DNA from: Candidatus Hermodarchaeota archaeon | GTDB lineage: Archaea; Asgardarchaeota; Lokiarchaeia; Sigyniarchaeales; SOKP01 | Direction: 5' to 3' | Assembly (NCBI GenBank): GCA_048885535.1 | Contig: JBHLLO010000026.1 | Location: 1-40,949, forward strand | Length of the DNA: 40,949 nucleotides | Notes under the pieces: model-generated | The model's input: only the letters and a program-made list of their open reading frames with translations | Databases searched by the model: none | What the model was told of the DNA's origin: nothing | Shown: positions 1 to 10,038 of the stretch, one piece after another | Layout of the letters: the number at the start of each line of letters is the position of its first letter | Position numbering within the stretch: the stretch's first letter is position 1 | Made by a program: the position numbers and the translations under genes

Positions 1-2143
1 ATTTCAAAACTCTTAAGATTACTGTGTCTCTATCTTCTCCATTAAGGTAATCGTAACTCAGTGGTAACTTCGATTCAATTCCATCAAAAACATGAATAAT
101 CGTACTTGGCCATACTTGAGCAAATTCACGATGGATTGGTCCTATTGGGGGATATAGTGGAAGGTCATCATTAAATACCTCATCAAAAATTATGTCATAC
201 CACGCATCAAATATAGTTAAACCTGGATCATCATAAGATGCATCTACACTTGGCCACATAGGGGTTTCATAATCATTATAATGATGATTCCAAGACTCTA
301 AATAAGGTAATGCCGCTTCAATAACAGGATCACTTGATTCACTAGCAGCTTCAAGAACATAATCTAATAAATTCATCCCCGGAATATGATTATAACCAGC
401 ATCTCTGACAACTGAATTCATATCATCCCAAGTTATATCATCCATTGAAGATAGAAGTTGCATAATCCTTTTAACACGATGTCCTTCACCCCATCCAGCA
501 TCTGATTCACCATAAGGCCAATTTGCTATAGGTTTATTATTCCAATTAGCAAGCCAACCTTGTTCAGGGTTTATACAAACGGGCATTTCATCTGGTCCAG
601 TAACACCAACCCATTCTTCTTCCCCTGTACCCCATAATGGCAATCGATCATCAATAGGTCTTCCATCCTTTCCTGTTTCAGGCTTTATGGGAAAAGTACC
701 AGAATGCCAATAACCTATATTTCCTTTCTTATCTACCCAATAGAAATTATGACTTGGATGAACTAGGGTACAAGCTTCATGAAAATCGTATACATTTTTT
801 GCTTCTTGGAACATAAACCATCCTTCTTCAGCTGCTAATTCATTCTTGAAATAAGGAGTTTTCAGTGTAAAGCAGAGATGATTATCTTCATCCCATCCAA
901 TAATAGGTCCATGAATCGTTCTATACACGTCTCTTTCTACATAATAAGATTTAAGAGGTCCATAAAATCTTTCAATTCTTTTTTCCATATTAACCCAATC
1001 ACCATTATAAAAATACTGAGTATGATTTGCTGGATTCAGAACTTCAATATATGTGTCCATTACATCAGAAACTCCTGTTGTTGAAGTCCAAGCACCATTA
1101 CGACTCGCACCAATCAAGATTGTAGGTGCGTGTGGCATCATCATGCCCACTGCGTCAATCCCAGCACCATGTAATCCCACTTCTAGTACAATTTGGGGGA
1201 TAGATTGCCCCATTTGTGGACCTCCAACCTCTAGAGCATTTTTAGTAGCCGATTTTTTAGGACTTACCATAAACGCATTACTTCCAAACTTTGTTGGTAA
1301 GCCTAATGATTCAAATAATTCTGTTTGTCCCATCTGCATTTCTTTATAGTTTTGAAATACTTTAGATATACTATTTTGAAGATCAATAGGCATGCAATAA
1401 GGTTTTTTATTGATGTGTGATACATCTGGCCAAGCCCCTTCCTCAATAGGGATCGTAACTTCCGCTCCTGGATCATTTTGTGGAAAATGATCATTAAAAA
1501 TTCCCCATCCTACTTCATTACCATACTCCGATTGTAAAGCCGCTAAAGCTGTTGCGAAACTTAATTCATCACCACCACACCCGCCAAACCTCCAAGCCAT
1601 CATGACAATTATAGCAACGCAATCTTCAATAGTAAAGGGTTCAATTGGAAGTCCATAATAATAGTATTCAGCAGGCATTAAAGATATATCTCCATCATTA
1701 TAAGCCTCCATTATCTCATCGATATGAAAATTTATACCATCTACATAGGCTAACATCATTTCTTTTAACTTGGCCTTAGGATCTTTTGGTTCCCATTTAT
1801 CAAATATATCTCTCAACTCTTCTCTACTATATCCCATACTTCTAATATAGTAATCTTGATCTATGCTTGCTAAACCAAGTTCAGCAAGGCTTCCAAATGC
1901 TTGTCTTCGATATAAGTCAGCCTGCCATAATCTGTCCTGAGCCATAGCATAACCACAACCAAATGCCAAATTCTCTTTTTTGTTTGCAAATACATGAGGT
2001 ACTCCATAATCATCTCGGATTATGGTTATTTTGCTCTTCTTTTGCTTTCTTCCACATGCGCTAACAGGATCAGCAAAACTTAAAGGTAGCATCATAAAAA
2101 GCATTGATAGACATAATATACAAGCATATACTTTCTTGTTCAT
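1..2143 (-). CDS. Penicillin acylase family (peptidase S45, Ntn-hydrolase), secreted; 3' end runs off the window
   Basis: Not in the ORF track (no stop in window). Manual translation from ATG 2143: signal-like MNKKVYACILCLSMLFMMLPLSFA, then IIRDDYGVPHVFA...GYAMAQDRLWQ, and in-frame beta-chain start FG|SNAFMVSP at about 1282. Confidence 0.9.
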   Translation of the reverse strand, partial: MNKKVYACILCLSMLFMMLPLSFADPVSACGRKQKKSKITIIRDDYGVPHVFANKKENLAFGCGYAMAQDRLWQADLYRRQAFGSLAELGLASIDQDYYIRSMGYSREELRDIFDKWEPKDPKAKLKEMMLAYVDGINFHIDEIMEAYNDGDISLMPAEYYYYGLPIEPFTIEDCVAIIVMMAWRFGGCGGDELSFATALAALQSEYGNEVGWGIFNDHFPQNDPGAEVTIPIEEGAWPDVSHINKKPYCMPIDLQNSISKVFQNYKEMQMGQTELFESLGLPTKFGSNAFMVSPKKSATKNALEVGGPQMGQSIPQIVLEVGLHGAGIDAVGMMMPHAPTILIGASRNGAWTSTTGVSDVMDTYIEVLNPANHTQYFYNGDWVNMEKRIERFYGPLKSYYVERDVYRTIHGPIIGWDEDNHLCFTLKTPYFKNELAAEEGWFMFQEAKNVYDFHEACTLVHPSHNFYWVDKKGNIGYWHSGTFPIKPETGKDGRPIDDRLPLWGTGEEEWVGVTGPDEMPVCINPEQGWLANWNNKPIANWPYGESDAGWGEGHRVKRIMQLLSSMDDITWDDMNSVVRDAGYNHIPGMNLLDYVLEAASESSDPVIEAALPYLESWNHHYNDYETPMWPSVDASYDDPGLTIFDAWYDIIFDEVFNDDLPLYPPIGPIHREFAQVWPSTIIHVFDGIESKLPLSYDYLNGEDRDTVILRVLK

Positions 2144-2210
2144 TTATAGATCACTTATAAACATTTTTTTTAATTTTAGATTGGATGTAGATACCTTTTT
2201 GTTAATCTTT

Positions 2211-2225
2211 TATATAAATTTTTCC
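2211..2225 (-). promoter_or_regulatory. Canonical A-rich BRE + TATA (GGAAAAA-TTTATATA) for the acylase gene
   Basis: Read on the minus strand about 70 nt upstream of ATG 2143. Confidence 0.55.
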
Positions 2226-2250
2226 TATTAAGATAATTTTGAAAAAAAAG

Positions 2251-3156
2251 TCAAAAATAAAAAGATGTTCCCGCTTTTCCCTCTAAAGCATCTTTTATTT
2301 TTTCTATAGATGTAATAATTCCTTGCTCACCACCAGACTGTAAAAAATTAATGATTGCTTGAACTTTTGGTCCCATACTTCCTGCAGGAAAATGTCCCTC
2401 TTTCATGTAATTCTTTGCTTCTGTTATCGAGAGTTTATCAAGGTATCGATAATTGATTGTTCCATAATTTAAAGCAACTTTTTCGACATCTGTTGCAATT
2501 ATTAAAATATTAGCATCAATTTGTTCGGCTAATTTTGCACTTGCTAAATCTTTATCAATCACAGCTTCTACACCCTGAAATCTATTACCTTCCTTAATCA
2601 CTGGAATCCCTCCTCCTCCACATGCTATTACAATAAAATTTAATTCCATCAATTTCTTAATTTCCCTCCATTGTACAATCCTTATGGGTCTTGGCGATGC
2701 TACCACTCGCCTCCAACCTTTCGAAGTCTTCACATATCCTGCTCTTCTGCGTTTATATGACGGTCCTATTGGTTTAGTTGGGCGTTTAAAAGCACGATCA
2801 TCAGGATTAACTTCTACATAGGTTAAAACAGTAAGGAAGTATTTCTCAGTGTCAATTCCTAATCGCATAAGTTCCTCATCTAACGTTGTTTCAATAAGAA
2901 AACCTATTTGACCTTGAGTCTCTGCGACTAAAATCTCTAAAGGCATTTCCGTTACTTCTGTAGTTGCTTCTTGTTGAAGCAAAAGTGCTCCTACTTGAGG
3001 ACCGTTCCCATGTGTGATTATTATATTATATTCTTTAGATAATTCAGCAATCTGTTTAATAGGCGCTCTTAGATTATTTAACATCTGTTCTGCAGTTCCT
3101 CTTTCTCCCGGCTTAATGAGAGCATTCCCTCCAAGAGCAACTATTATTGTTTTCAT
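2251..3156 (-). CDS. arcC: Carbamate kinase
   Basis: IVALGGNAL, ITHGNGPQVG, PTKPIGP, GGGGIPV, VIDKD and GSMGPKV motifs. Confidence 0.95.
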   Translation of the reverse strand: MKTIIVALGGNALIKPGERGTAEQMLNNLRAPIKQIAELSKEYNIIITHGNGPQVGALLLQQEATTEVTEMPLEILVAETQGQIGFLIETTLDEELMRLGIDTEKYFLTVLTYVEVNPDDRAFKRPTKPIGPSYKRRRAGYVKTSKGWRRVVASPRPIRIVQWREIKKLMELNFIVIACGGGGIPVIKEGNRFQGVEAVIDKDLASAKLAEQIDANILIIATDVEKVALNYGTINYRYLDKLSITEAKNYMKEGHFPAGSMGPKVQAIINFLQSGGEQGIITSIEKIKDALEGKAGTSFYF

Positions 3157-3308
3157 AATATATTTCTATTCAAGAATTATGAATATTCCATTTAACTTAT
3201 TCAAAAAAATAATTTAGTTTTTACATTTTTAAAAATTTTATGATTATTTTAACTATAAAATTAGTATCCTCGTAGATTAAAATAACAAGTGAATTTAATG
3301 AATAAACT

Positions 3309-3322
3309 AAAAGTTTTATATA
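3309..3322 (+). promoter_or_regulatory. Canonical BRE + TATA (AAAAGT-TTTATATA)
   Basis: Upstream of ORF 3360, which has an AGGTGA SD. Confidence 0.55.
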
Positions 3323-3359
3323 CTCAGATTGTTTACTTATAAACATAAGGTGAAATCAC

Positions 3360-3650
3360 TTGAATGATGATACGAAATATGGATTAATTTTAATAGGTAT
3401 AGGGTTTCTCGCTGCTGTAGGGTTTACTTTGGGAATTTATGCAACATTGGTTATTAAAACGGGTCTTTATGTTAGTGGATTTTATAGTCTAATATTCGGT
3501 TTAATTGCTGCAGGAGTGCTTATTGGCACGATTGTTGCTCTCCTTTATGGTGCTATGGATGATGAATGGATATTAGCTGGATGGGTATATTTAATTTTAA
3601 TTATTATTTTTGGAATTATCGGAATTGTTTTAACTTTTTTAATTAGTTAA
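3360..3650 (+). CDS. Small 3-TM membrane protein
   Basis: Three hydrophobic segments; SD AGGTGA before the TTG start. Confidence 0.75.
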   Translation: MNDDTKYGLILIGIGFLAAVGFTLGIYATLVIKTGLYVSGFYSLIFGLIAAGVLIGTIVALLYGAMDDEWILAGWVYLILIIIFGIIGIVLTFLIS

Positions 3651-3720
3651 GAATTCTCATTTAAATCAGAGACAGAAAAAAAAAATTTAAAATTAAAAAT
3701 GATTACATATTGACATTCTC

Positions 3721-3834
3721 TTATTCTGGTTGCCATTTTATTCCTAAATTTGGTACAAAATCAGGAAGAGGGTTAAAGAAGTCATCATCTTCATCAGTAT
3801 GAAGATTAGTAGTCTCTTCCACAGCTTGAACCAT
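3721..3834 (-). CDS. Unannotated 37-aa acidic peptide MVQAVEETTNLHTDEDDDFFNPLPDFVPNLGIKWQPE
   Basis: Manual translation; AAGGAG SD upstream of ATG; T-rich promoter at 3915-3928. Confidence 0.5.
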   Translation of the reverse strand: MVQAVEETTNLHTDEDDDFFNPLPDFVPNLGIKWQPE

Positions 3835-3914
3835 ATTACCAACTCCTTTTATATTATTATAAAGTTACTACAAAATTTTTATCAAATAGATTTCTGGGAT
3901 AAAATTATCATCTA

Positions 3915-3928
3915 TATATAAAGGAAAA
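3915..3928 (-). promoter_or_regulatory. T-rich-BRE promoter TTTTCC-TTTATATA
   Basis: Strict motif copy, divergent from the copy at 3958. Confidence 0.55.
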
Positions 3929-3957
3929 TTTTAGGTAAAAGTTTCCAAAATACAATT

Positions 3958-3971
3958 TTTTTCTTTAAATA
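3958..3971 (+). promoter_or_regulatory. T-rich-BRE promoter TTTTTC-TTTAAATA
   Basis: Strict motif copy upstream of ORF 4019. Confidence 0.6.
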
Positions 3972-4018
3972 TATTTGTCATAACTATTTCTTATCAACTC
4001 TATTACTAAAAAATAAGG

Positions 4019-5104
4019 TTGAAAATTATGCAAAAAGTTGAGGTTATTAGAAAATTATCGATAAGGATTGAAGATCGCTATGAAGAGATTTTAAAATATA
4101 TCCATATTGGGATTAGCATTCCGGTATTGCCAGAATTTCATAAATATATTATTAGTGATATTGAGGAATATAATGCTAAGTCTATTTTGCTTGAGGAAGA
4201 GATTGATGAAAAAGACTTTGGAAAACAAACCGATAATGTGGTTGGTCATGCCCTTGTATATGACGATGGAGGAGAGGTATTGTTCTTTGGATTCTTCAAT
4301 GTATATGATCATGATCCAAAGAAAATAGAATTGCTAGCTGATCAAGTTATAAACTATGCTGAACAAAATGACTTTAGTATTATAAGAGGTCCAATTAATG
4401 TACCTACGGTAATATTCGGATGGGGTTTTATGGTAGAGGGGAGTAGAAAAGACTTATTCATTGGTTCTCCCATAAATCCACCTATATATCAACATATCTT
4501 CATGCAGAAGGGATTTAGTGTGAAATTTCAAGAAGATAGATACTGGATGCCCGCTCTTAAGATGGATCCCCATAATAATCCTGCATTAGTTAAGAAAGGG
4601 GTGAACTTTGCAGAATATGAATACTCCAATCCAGGTAAAGAAGGATTAATGGCAATTAAAGATGAGTATATTGGATTACATGCAACTTATATGCCTGATT
4701 CGGCACGAATCACTCCTAAAGCTTCAAAAAACTTTGATAACATTGTAGATTTTACCCATACATTTGGTGCAAACTGGATGATGTGGATAGTACGCCATAA
4801 AGAATCAGGACAGATGGCAGGATGTGGTTACATTATCCCTGATGTATTTCATTTGAATCGAAAAGAACAACTCGACTCTGTAAGTTTTCATGATTGGGTT
4901 GTCCATCCTGATCATCGCAGAAAGTATTTGTCTATGCTAATGTATGGAGAAACTTCTCTTCTAGCCAAAGATCGAAAAACACCTCATTACATCAATAGAG
5001 GTTCGTGGCCAGTAGGAGCAGATAATATTGCAAATGCGAATGCTGCAATGAAGATGGGGGGAAGAAAGGATAGAAGTCATATAATCTTGGAAAAAGTAAT
5101 ATAA
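4019..5104 (+). CDS. Tandem GNAT-fold N-acyltransferase-like protein (start may be ATG 4028)
   Basis: FFGFF...IRGPIN...GF...NPPIY pattern of YghO-like GNATs; C-terminal VHPDHRRK acetyl-CoA-binding motif. Confidence 0.7.
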   Translation: MKIMQKVEVIRKLSIRIEDRYEEILKYIHIGISIPVLPEFHKYIISDIEEYNAKSILLEEEIDEKDFGKQTDNVVGHALVYDDGGEVLFFGFFNVYDHDPKKIELLADQVINYAEQNDFSIIRGPINVPTVIFGWGFMVEGSRKDLFIGSPINPPIYQHIFMQKGFSVKFQEDRYWMPALKMDPHNNPALVKKGVNFAEYEYSNPGKEGLMAIKDEYIGLHATYMPDSARITPKASKNFDNIVDFTHTFGANWMMWIVRHKESGQMAGCGYIIPDVFHLNRKEQLDSVSFHDWVVHPDHRRKYLSMLMYGETSLLAKDRKTPHYINRGSWPVGADNIANANAAMKMGGRKDRSHIILEKVI

Positions 5105-5123
5105 ACTTTTTTTTTAATTTTAT

Positions 5124-5483
5124 TTATTTTTCTTGCTTAGTTAAGAGCTTTTCATAAATCTTATCTATTCTTGTCCTAATTTCACTTAATATTTTATTTT
5201 TTTCATTAATTTCTTCTTGCAATTGTTTATGTAATTTTACTTTATTCCTTTTGTTCTCCAGATTAGCAAAAAATGGAAAGAAATTAAGAAGTTTATTAAC
5301 AGCGTTTTCTCCAAATTGTATGATTGCCTTTCTAAGGACTAGGTCTTCCACTTTCCCCTCTTTCACTTCTTTGATCAATGCTTTAAGCTTGAGCAATTCA
5401 TCCCCGTCCAACACAATTGAAACCAAATTATTTCTTAACTCTTTTTTATAATCAATTTTTTCACCATTAATTTCTAAGGTCAT
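5124..5483 (-). CDS. Small coiled-coil protein, last gene of the membrane operon
   Basis: 3-nt gap to the upstream gene; GAGGGA SD; heptad-rich C-terminus. Confidence 0.75.
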   Translation of the reverse strand: MTLEINGEKIDYKKELRNNLVSIVLDGDELLKLKALIKEVKEGKVEDLVLRKAIIQFGENAVNKLLNFFPFFANLENKRNKVKLHKQLQEEINEKNKILSEIRTRIDKIYEKLLTKQEK

Positions 5484-5486
5484 AAT

Positions 5487-8400
5487 TTAACTTCCCTCCT
5501 CTAATTCTAGGTATACTTTTAACTTAACATAAAAGTCCTGTAAACCTTGATATAAACTTTCGCTCTCTTGTTCTAAATCTCCTTTATCTAAATCTATATT
5601 ATTACTCTTTTTCAATAAATCATCTATTTCTTCTTGAGTAAAAGGGAACTGGTCTAAATTTGAGAGTATCGAGACGAACTGATTAACATCTTTATTAGTA
5701 ATAATATAACTTGGTTTATAGTAATCTTTATAGGTATTAGTCAAAAATTTTATTAAGAAGTATTTTGAGAGTTTTAAGCTATTGTAGTAATCTTTTCTTT
5801 TAAGATATTCATGAATGTTAAATAAATCCATAATGATATTACTTCCCAAATTCTTTGCTAAAAAATACCTTATTTTGTGTTCATTTTCAAGATTAATCAT
5901 TCTAATTGCAGGAGAATCTGATTCTTTTAAAACGATATCAACATCAAATCTGCTTAATTGTTGAGAGTCGTAGTAGTCCTTTAAAGCTTGCTCATAATAA
6001 ACCCCTACTGCGTAGGAGGTTCCGACTTGCTCTGAACCTCCTGCAGATCGAGGATGACTTTCAATAAGATATTGATGGTCGATCATAATTTTAAAGACTT
6101 TATCCCGAATTACTCTCATTTTCTTTTTATTTTGGGTATATTCATTTGATATTTTAGGACTTAAAAACTCCATTAAAATCTTCTTTACTTTATCAATAAA
6201 CAAGCCCCCTACTTTATCCACAGTTTTAATACTCTCGAAAAAATTAATGATTTCAGGTATAAATTTAGAATATTCCTCAAAATCCTTTTCAATTAGAGTC
6301 TTTTTTGCCTGTGCGAGGATACGTCTTTCACTATATACTAAATCATATCCTTGTCTTCCCATATGCTCTACGATGTCATGATAATCCATCGGAGGACACT
6401 CTATTAGGTCCTTATTATCTATTACTACTGGAAATGGTTGGTAAATATCAGCTCTTTTCATAAGTGCTTCATTGGTACGCATATTCCTTAAGTAAAGAAT
6501 TTGATATGTTTCTTTCCTTTTTGTATTATAGTATCCAGTACCATGTAACTCATTTAGATTCATCAAATTGGCTAAAATACTTGTATCTCTAACATCCACA
6601 CTTCTAAATGCCATGATGTTATTAATAAAAGTAAACACGTTTGAGTGAAGATAATGAATTTGGTTAGAAAGACAAATAAGACCAAACTTATTCTGGAGTA
6701 GGGGTTCAAAAAATTTATTGATTTTACTGAAGTCTCCAATTAAGTCAAGAAATTTTCCCTCAAAAATAATATCGATATGGGGGATAAACAGATATTTCGG
6801 TACAAATCGTGAATTATTCGAAATATAATGAATGAATTTAGAGAGGATTACAAATATAAAAAGGCATTGGGTTATTTTATCATTGTAATCTGACACATCA
6901 ACTATTATAGTTTGGGGACAAGTAATAAACTCATGAGCCTTAGTTCGCTTATCATCTGGAAGTGCAGTTGCCTGGAAAAATGCTAGATCATCTTGTGAAA
7001 AAACATGAAGGGATGATAAAAGGGACTCACTTTTAGCATCTTTTTCCCAAGGTTGTCTGCTATCAATATCAACTCTAATGTTATTAAGATCGACACTCTG
7101 GTATCGACGGATACTATTTTTAAACAAGTCCATTGCATGCTTATTGACCTTGAATGTTAATCCATAGGCATCAAACATATATTCTAAATAGTGAAGATTA
7201 TTCGGATCGTTTGGAATCGTTTCAGAATGAATAGGATCGAGCGTAAACGCTTTCCCCAGCTTAAAATATAAGATATTGTTTAAATATCTAGTATCTTTAA
7301 AATACGTTAATATTTTTGCCCAATTTCCTGTAGTATCAAAGATGATAGAGGGAATATCTTTTCTGATTAGTTCTGCTACAATTTTCATTGTGAAAACCTC
7401 TCGACTTTGAGGAATACCATTTGTAATTAGAAGTGATCGTAGTTGGTTTAGCGTAAATCCCGCATCCGCTTCAATTGTGAGAGTTTCTGTATTTACTGTA
7501 TTACCAAATATTATCTCACTTTTTAGATAAGTAGGAGTATTGAATTCTGCTGCGACTTGAACCTCGAGCCCCTTTTTAAGCTCATCTGCGATATGGATGA
7601 TAAATGCTAGAGTAAGTCCTTGAAAGTAAACTTCTCTCAGATAAGAACCATTAAGTCGGATATGATGATTCTTTAAAATTTGACAACTTATTCCTGAATA
7701 TAATAATTTATTTGCCAAAGACGCGAGTTTATAATTACTATAATTTGATTTAAAAGATTGAGAAAGAATGACACCTTCCTCATTAAGATGAGAAATAATT
7801 TCAGTAAATGCGTCAGTTGTTAAGTTCCTTACCTGTATTGTATGTGATGTCGAGAGCAAAATTATTGATTTCCATATTCCCGCTCTACGAGCAAGCCAAT
7901 TTTTCTCATTAATCTCTCTAGTTACATAAGTATTTAGCTCATAATTGGTTTTGTCATTCACATATTTAAAACATTCTTTATCAAATTGGGCAAAAGTACG
8001 TGGAGTTGAGATTACAGTATAAATAAAAGGAATTGGTTTGCTTTCAGGGGCATTTATTCCCGAATAAAATTTACTGAAAGAACAATAGGCAGGATCTGTT
8101 ACTTGATTTACATTAAAAATCATAGTTCCTGTCAATTCTTGGTCCTGTGTATGGGAAAAGAGTATATATGGTGTTTTATGAAAATAATAGAATTTAACAT
8201 CCCTAAATGGATTAATGATATTAACATTCTCATAAAAAAAGACATTGTGTTTCGTAATATGGAATAGTACATCTCTCCAATATAAGAAAAAGTTAGCAAC
8301 CAGTATTATTGCATTGATTAATACTATATATAAAAACATAATTCTAAATAAAGCAAAAGATACGTTGAGAAAAACAAATAATCCTAGTGTAAATAAACCT

Positions 8401-9212
8401 TTTATCAAGTAATCCTTTTTATTAGCCTTCAATATTGGTTGAAAATCACCAAGATTCTCAGGGAGTTCAATTTCTTTTTGCATGAAAGTAGAACGAAATG
8501 CACGAATCAATTCTTGTCCTGAGAGAATTTTTACTTTAAAGTGATGGAAATTAGCTCCAAAACTTGATTGAATTCTAGTTCTAAAAGTAAACAAGTCATT
8601 TCTTAGCTGGAGTATTTTTTGTTCACTCAGTATACCTGATATAGAACTGAACACTGAAAAATATATTGTAACTGGAAACACACCAGATCTTTGCTTTCTT
8701 TGGATCACTTGGAATGAGAAGGGAATAGTAGGTTCTACCGCGGAAAGGCTTCTTAAAAATTGAATAATATTTGCATGTACAGTTTCAGGAACTACTTCAA
8801 TCCTGAATAAAGTTAATCCCACGGTAAGAAGATCAACTTTGTTCGTATAGTATATTGTTTCAGAGTCATTACTAATAATCCAAAAGATAATATCTTTAAA
8901 TGGGTTTATTGATTGAAATTGAAATAGTCCTTTTAAGCGAAAAAAAGATTCCCGAAAAATCAAGGAAAAAATAATAATGAGGAGTATTGCAGATCCTAGC
9001 GCAACATAGATATTTTTACTAAGTAAGTACACACATATTGCAAACACAATCCCTATTATTACTAAATACACCGCCTTGAATATTGCAAAAATATTATTTG
9101 TATCACTATAAGAAGGATGAATATCCCAAATCATCTTAAAATCATCATTTTTATCTTGCTTCTCGGAGTCTTGTTCGTTTCCTTTTAGAAAGCTTGAATA
9201 AAGATCAACCAT
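5487..9212 (-). CDS. Membrane-anchored VirB4/HerA/FtsK-superfamily protein with duplicated N-terminal TM module and degenerate Walker motifs
   Basis: LLITNGIPQSRE at the Walker A position followed by IPSIIFDTTGNW, FTLDP, KFGLICLSNQ...INNIMAFR and LRNMRTNEAL, matching HerA/VirB4 motif order; two TM hairpins. Confidence 0.7.
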   Translation of the reverse strand: MVDLYSSFLKGNEQDSEKQDKNDDFKMIWDIHPSYSDTNNIFAIFKAVYLVIIGIVFAICVYLLSKNIYVALGSAILLIIIFSLIFRESFFRLKGLFQFQSINPFKDIIFWIISNDSETIYYTNKVDLLTVGLTLFRIEVVPETVHANIIQFLRSLSAVEPTIPFSFQVIQRKQRSGVFPVTIYFSVFSSISGILSEQKILQLRNDLFTFRTRIQSSFGANFHHFKVKILSGQELIRAFRSTFMQKEIELPENLGDFQPILKANKKDYLIKGLFTLGLFVFLNVSFALFRIMFLYIVLINAIILVANFFLYWRDVLFHITKHNVFFYENVNIINPFRDVKFYYFHKTPYILFSHTQDQELTGTMIFNVNQVTDPAYCSFSKFYSGINAPESKPIPFIYTVISTPRTFAQFDKECFKYVNDKTNYELNTYVTREINEKNWLARRAGIWKSIILLSTSHTIQVRNLTTDAFTEIISHLNEEGVILSQSFKSNYSNYKLASLANKLLYSGISCQILKNHHIRLNGSYLREVYFQGLTLAFIIHIADELKKGLEVQVAAEFNTPTYLKSEIIFGNTVNTETLTIEADAGFTLNQLRSLLITNGIPQSREVFTMKIVAELIRKDIPSIIFDTTGNWAKILTYFKDTRYLNNILYFKLGKAFTLDPIHSETIPNDPNNLHYLEYMFDAYGLTFKVNKHAMDLFKNSIRRYQSVDLNNIRVDIDSRQPWEKDAKSESLLSSLHVFSQDDLAFFQATALPDDKRTKAHEFITCPQTIIVDVSDYNDKITQCLFIFVILSKFIHYISNNSRFVPKYLFIPHIDIIFEGKFLDLIGDFSKINKFFEPLLQNKFGLICLSNQIHYLHSNVFTFINNIMAFRSVDVRDTSILANLMNLNELHGTGYYNTKRKETYQILYLRNMRTNEALMKRADIYQPFPVVIDNKDLIECPPMDYHDIVEHMGRQGYDLVYSERRILAQAKKTLIEKDFEEYSKFIPEIINFFESIKTVDKVGGLFIDKVKKILMEFLSPKISNEYTQNKKKMRVIRDKVFKIMIDHQYLIESHPRSAGGSEQVGTSYAVGVYYEQALKDYYDSQQLSRFDVDIVLKESDSPAIRMINLENEHKIRYFLAKNLGSNIIMDLFNIHEYLKRKDYYNSLKLSKYFLIKFLTNTYKDYYKPSYIITNKDVNQFVSILSNLDQFPFTQEEIDDLLKKSNNIDLDKGDLEQESESLYQGLQDFYVKLKVYLELEEGS

Positions 9213-9213
9213 T

Positions 9214-10038
9214 TTATCTTTCTCCTCTCTGAAAACATTTTAGATATAATAGAAGAGTAATTAAACTACTCCCAAAGAATAATATAAGATAAATGCTGAC
9301 AGCCATTGTCAGATAAGGGAACATTATCATTTCATAGAGAATAGCACTTCCTATTAAGGAGAATACAATTATTATCCCTATCATTATGTACCTTAAACTT
9401 GAAGCTTCTTTCATACTAAGCTTTCCAGAGAAAGAGAGAAATCTTTTTGGCTTAGTAATTGAATTTTTTAATTGTTTCATATATATGGCTTGTTCAAAAG
9501 ATTCCTTATTAAAGTTCTGTTGTAATGCCCTCTGTAAAGAAATTTCTTTTTGGTGTATGTTATGAAGAATTAGTTGCTTTGTTTTACTTGACTTTTTGTC
9601 TTTATTAGTTGCCATGGTCATAAATAGGTTTAAATCAGTATCTAGGGGGATGAAATCTTTTCCTAAAACCTGATAAATATTTGGTATATCAATCTGTTTT
9701 AAATCATAGTATAGCTCGAAAATCTCCTTTATATAATTACTAGGAAGCTCTCCTCTAAGTTTTAAAAATATTAATTCTGATACTTTAAGGCGTTCAATAA
9801 TTGAGGTGTGGAAGATTGGACTTTTTATGAGATTATGAAATACGCTATTAATGAACTCTAAATACCTATGTAACAGCTCATTCTCTTGCTTTTTCCGAGC
9901 ACGAATACCCAAACGAGCACTGATCTCATCAATTGTATTACTCACTAGCACAAATCCAACCACTGCCATCTTTTTATAATTTTGAGTCTGTTTGCATAGA
10001 TGGATTAAATGCTTTAATTTAGAATCAACAATATTCAC
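9214..10038 (-). CDS. Hypothetical protein, helical N-domain + C-terminal TM hairpin
   Basis: GTG start overlaps the upstream stop; two C-terminal hydrophobic helices. Confidence 0.8.
   Translation of the reverse strand: MNIVDSKLKHLIHLCKQTQNYKKMAVVGFVLVSNTIDEISARLGIRARKKQENELLHRYLEFINSVFHNLIKSPIFHTSIIERLKVSELIFLKLRGELPSNYIKEIFELYYDLKQIDIPNIYQVLGKDFIPLDTDLNLFMTMATNKDKKSSKTKQLILHNIHQKEISLQRALQQNFNKESFEQAIYMKQLKNSITKPKRFLSFSGKLSMKEASSLRYIMIGIIIVFSLIGSAILYEMIMFPYLTMAVSIYLILFFGSSLITLLLYLKCFQRGER

Noticed and set aside
878-2231. ORFs 878+, 1053+, 1303- and 2022+
   Set aside because: Shadow or alternate-frame ORFs of the penicillin-acylase gene (1-2143, minus strand).
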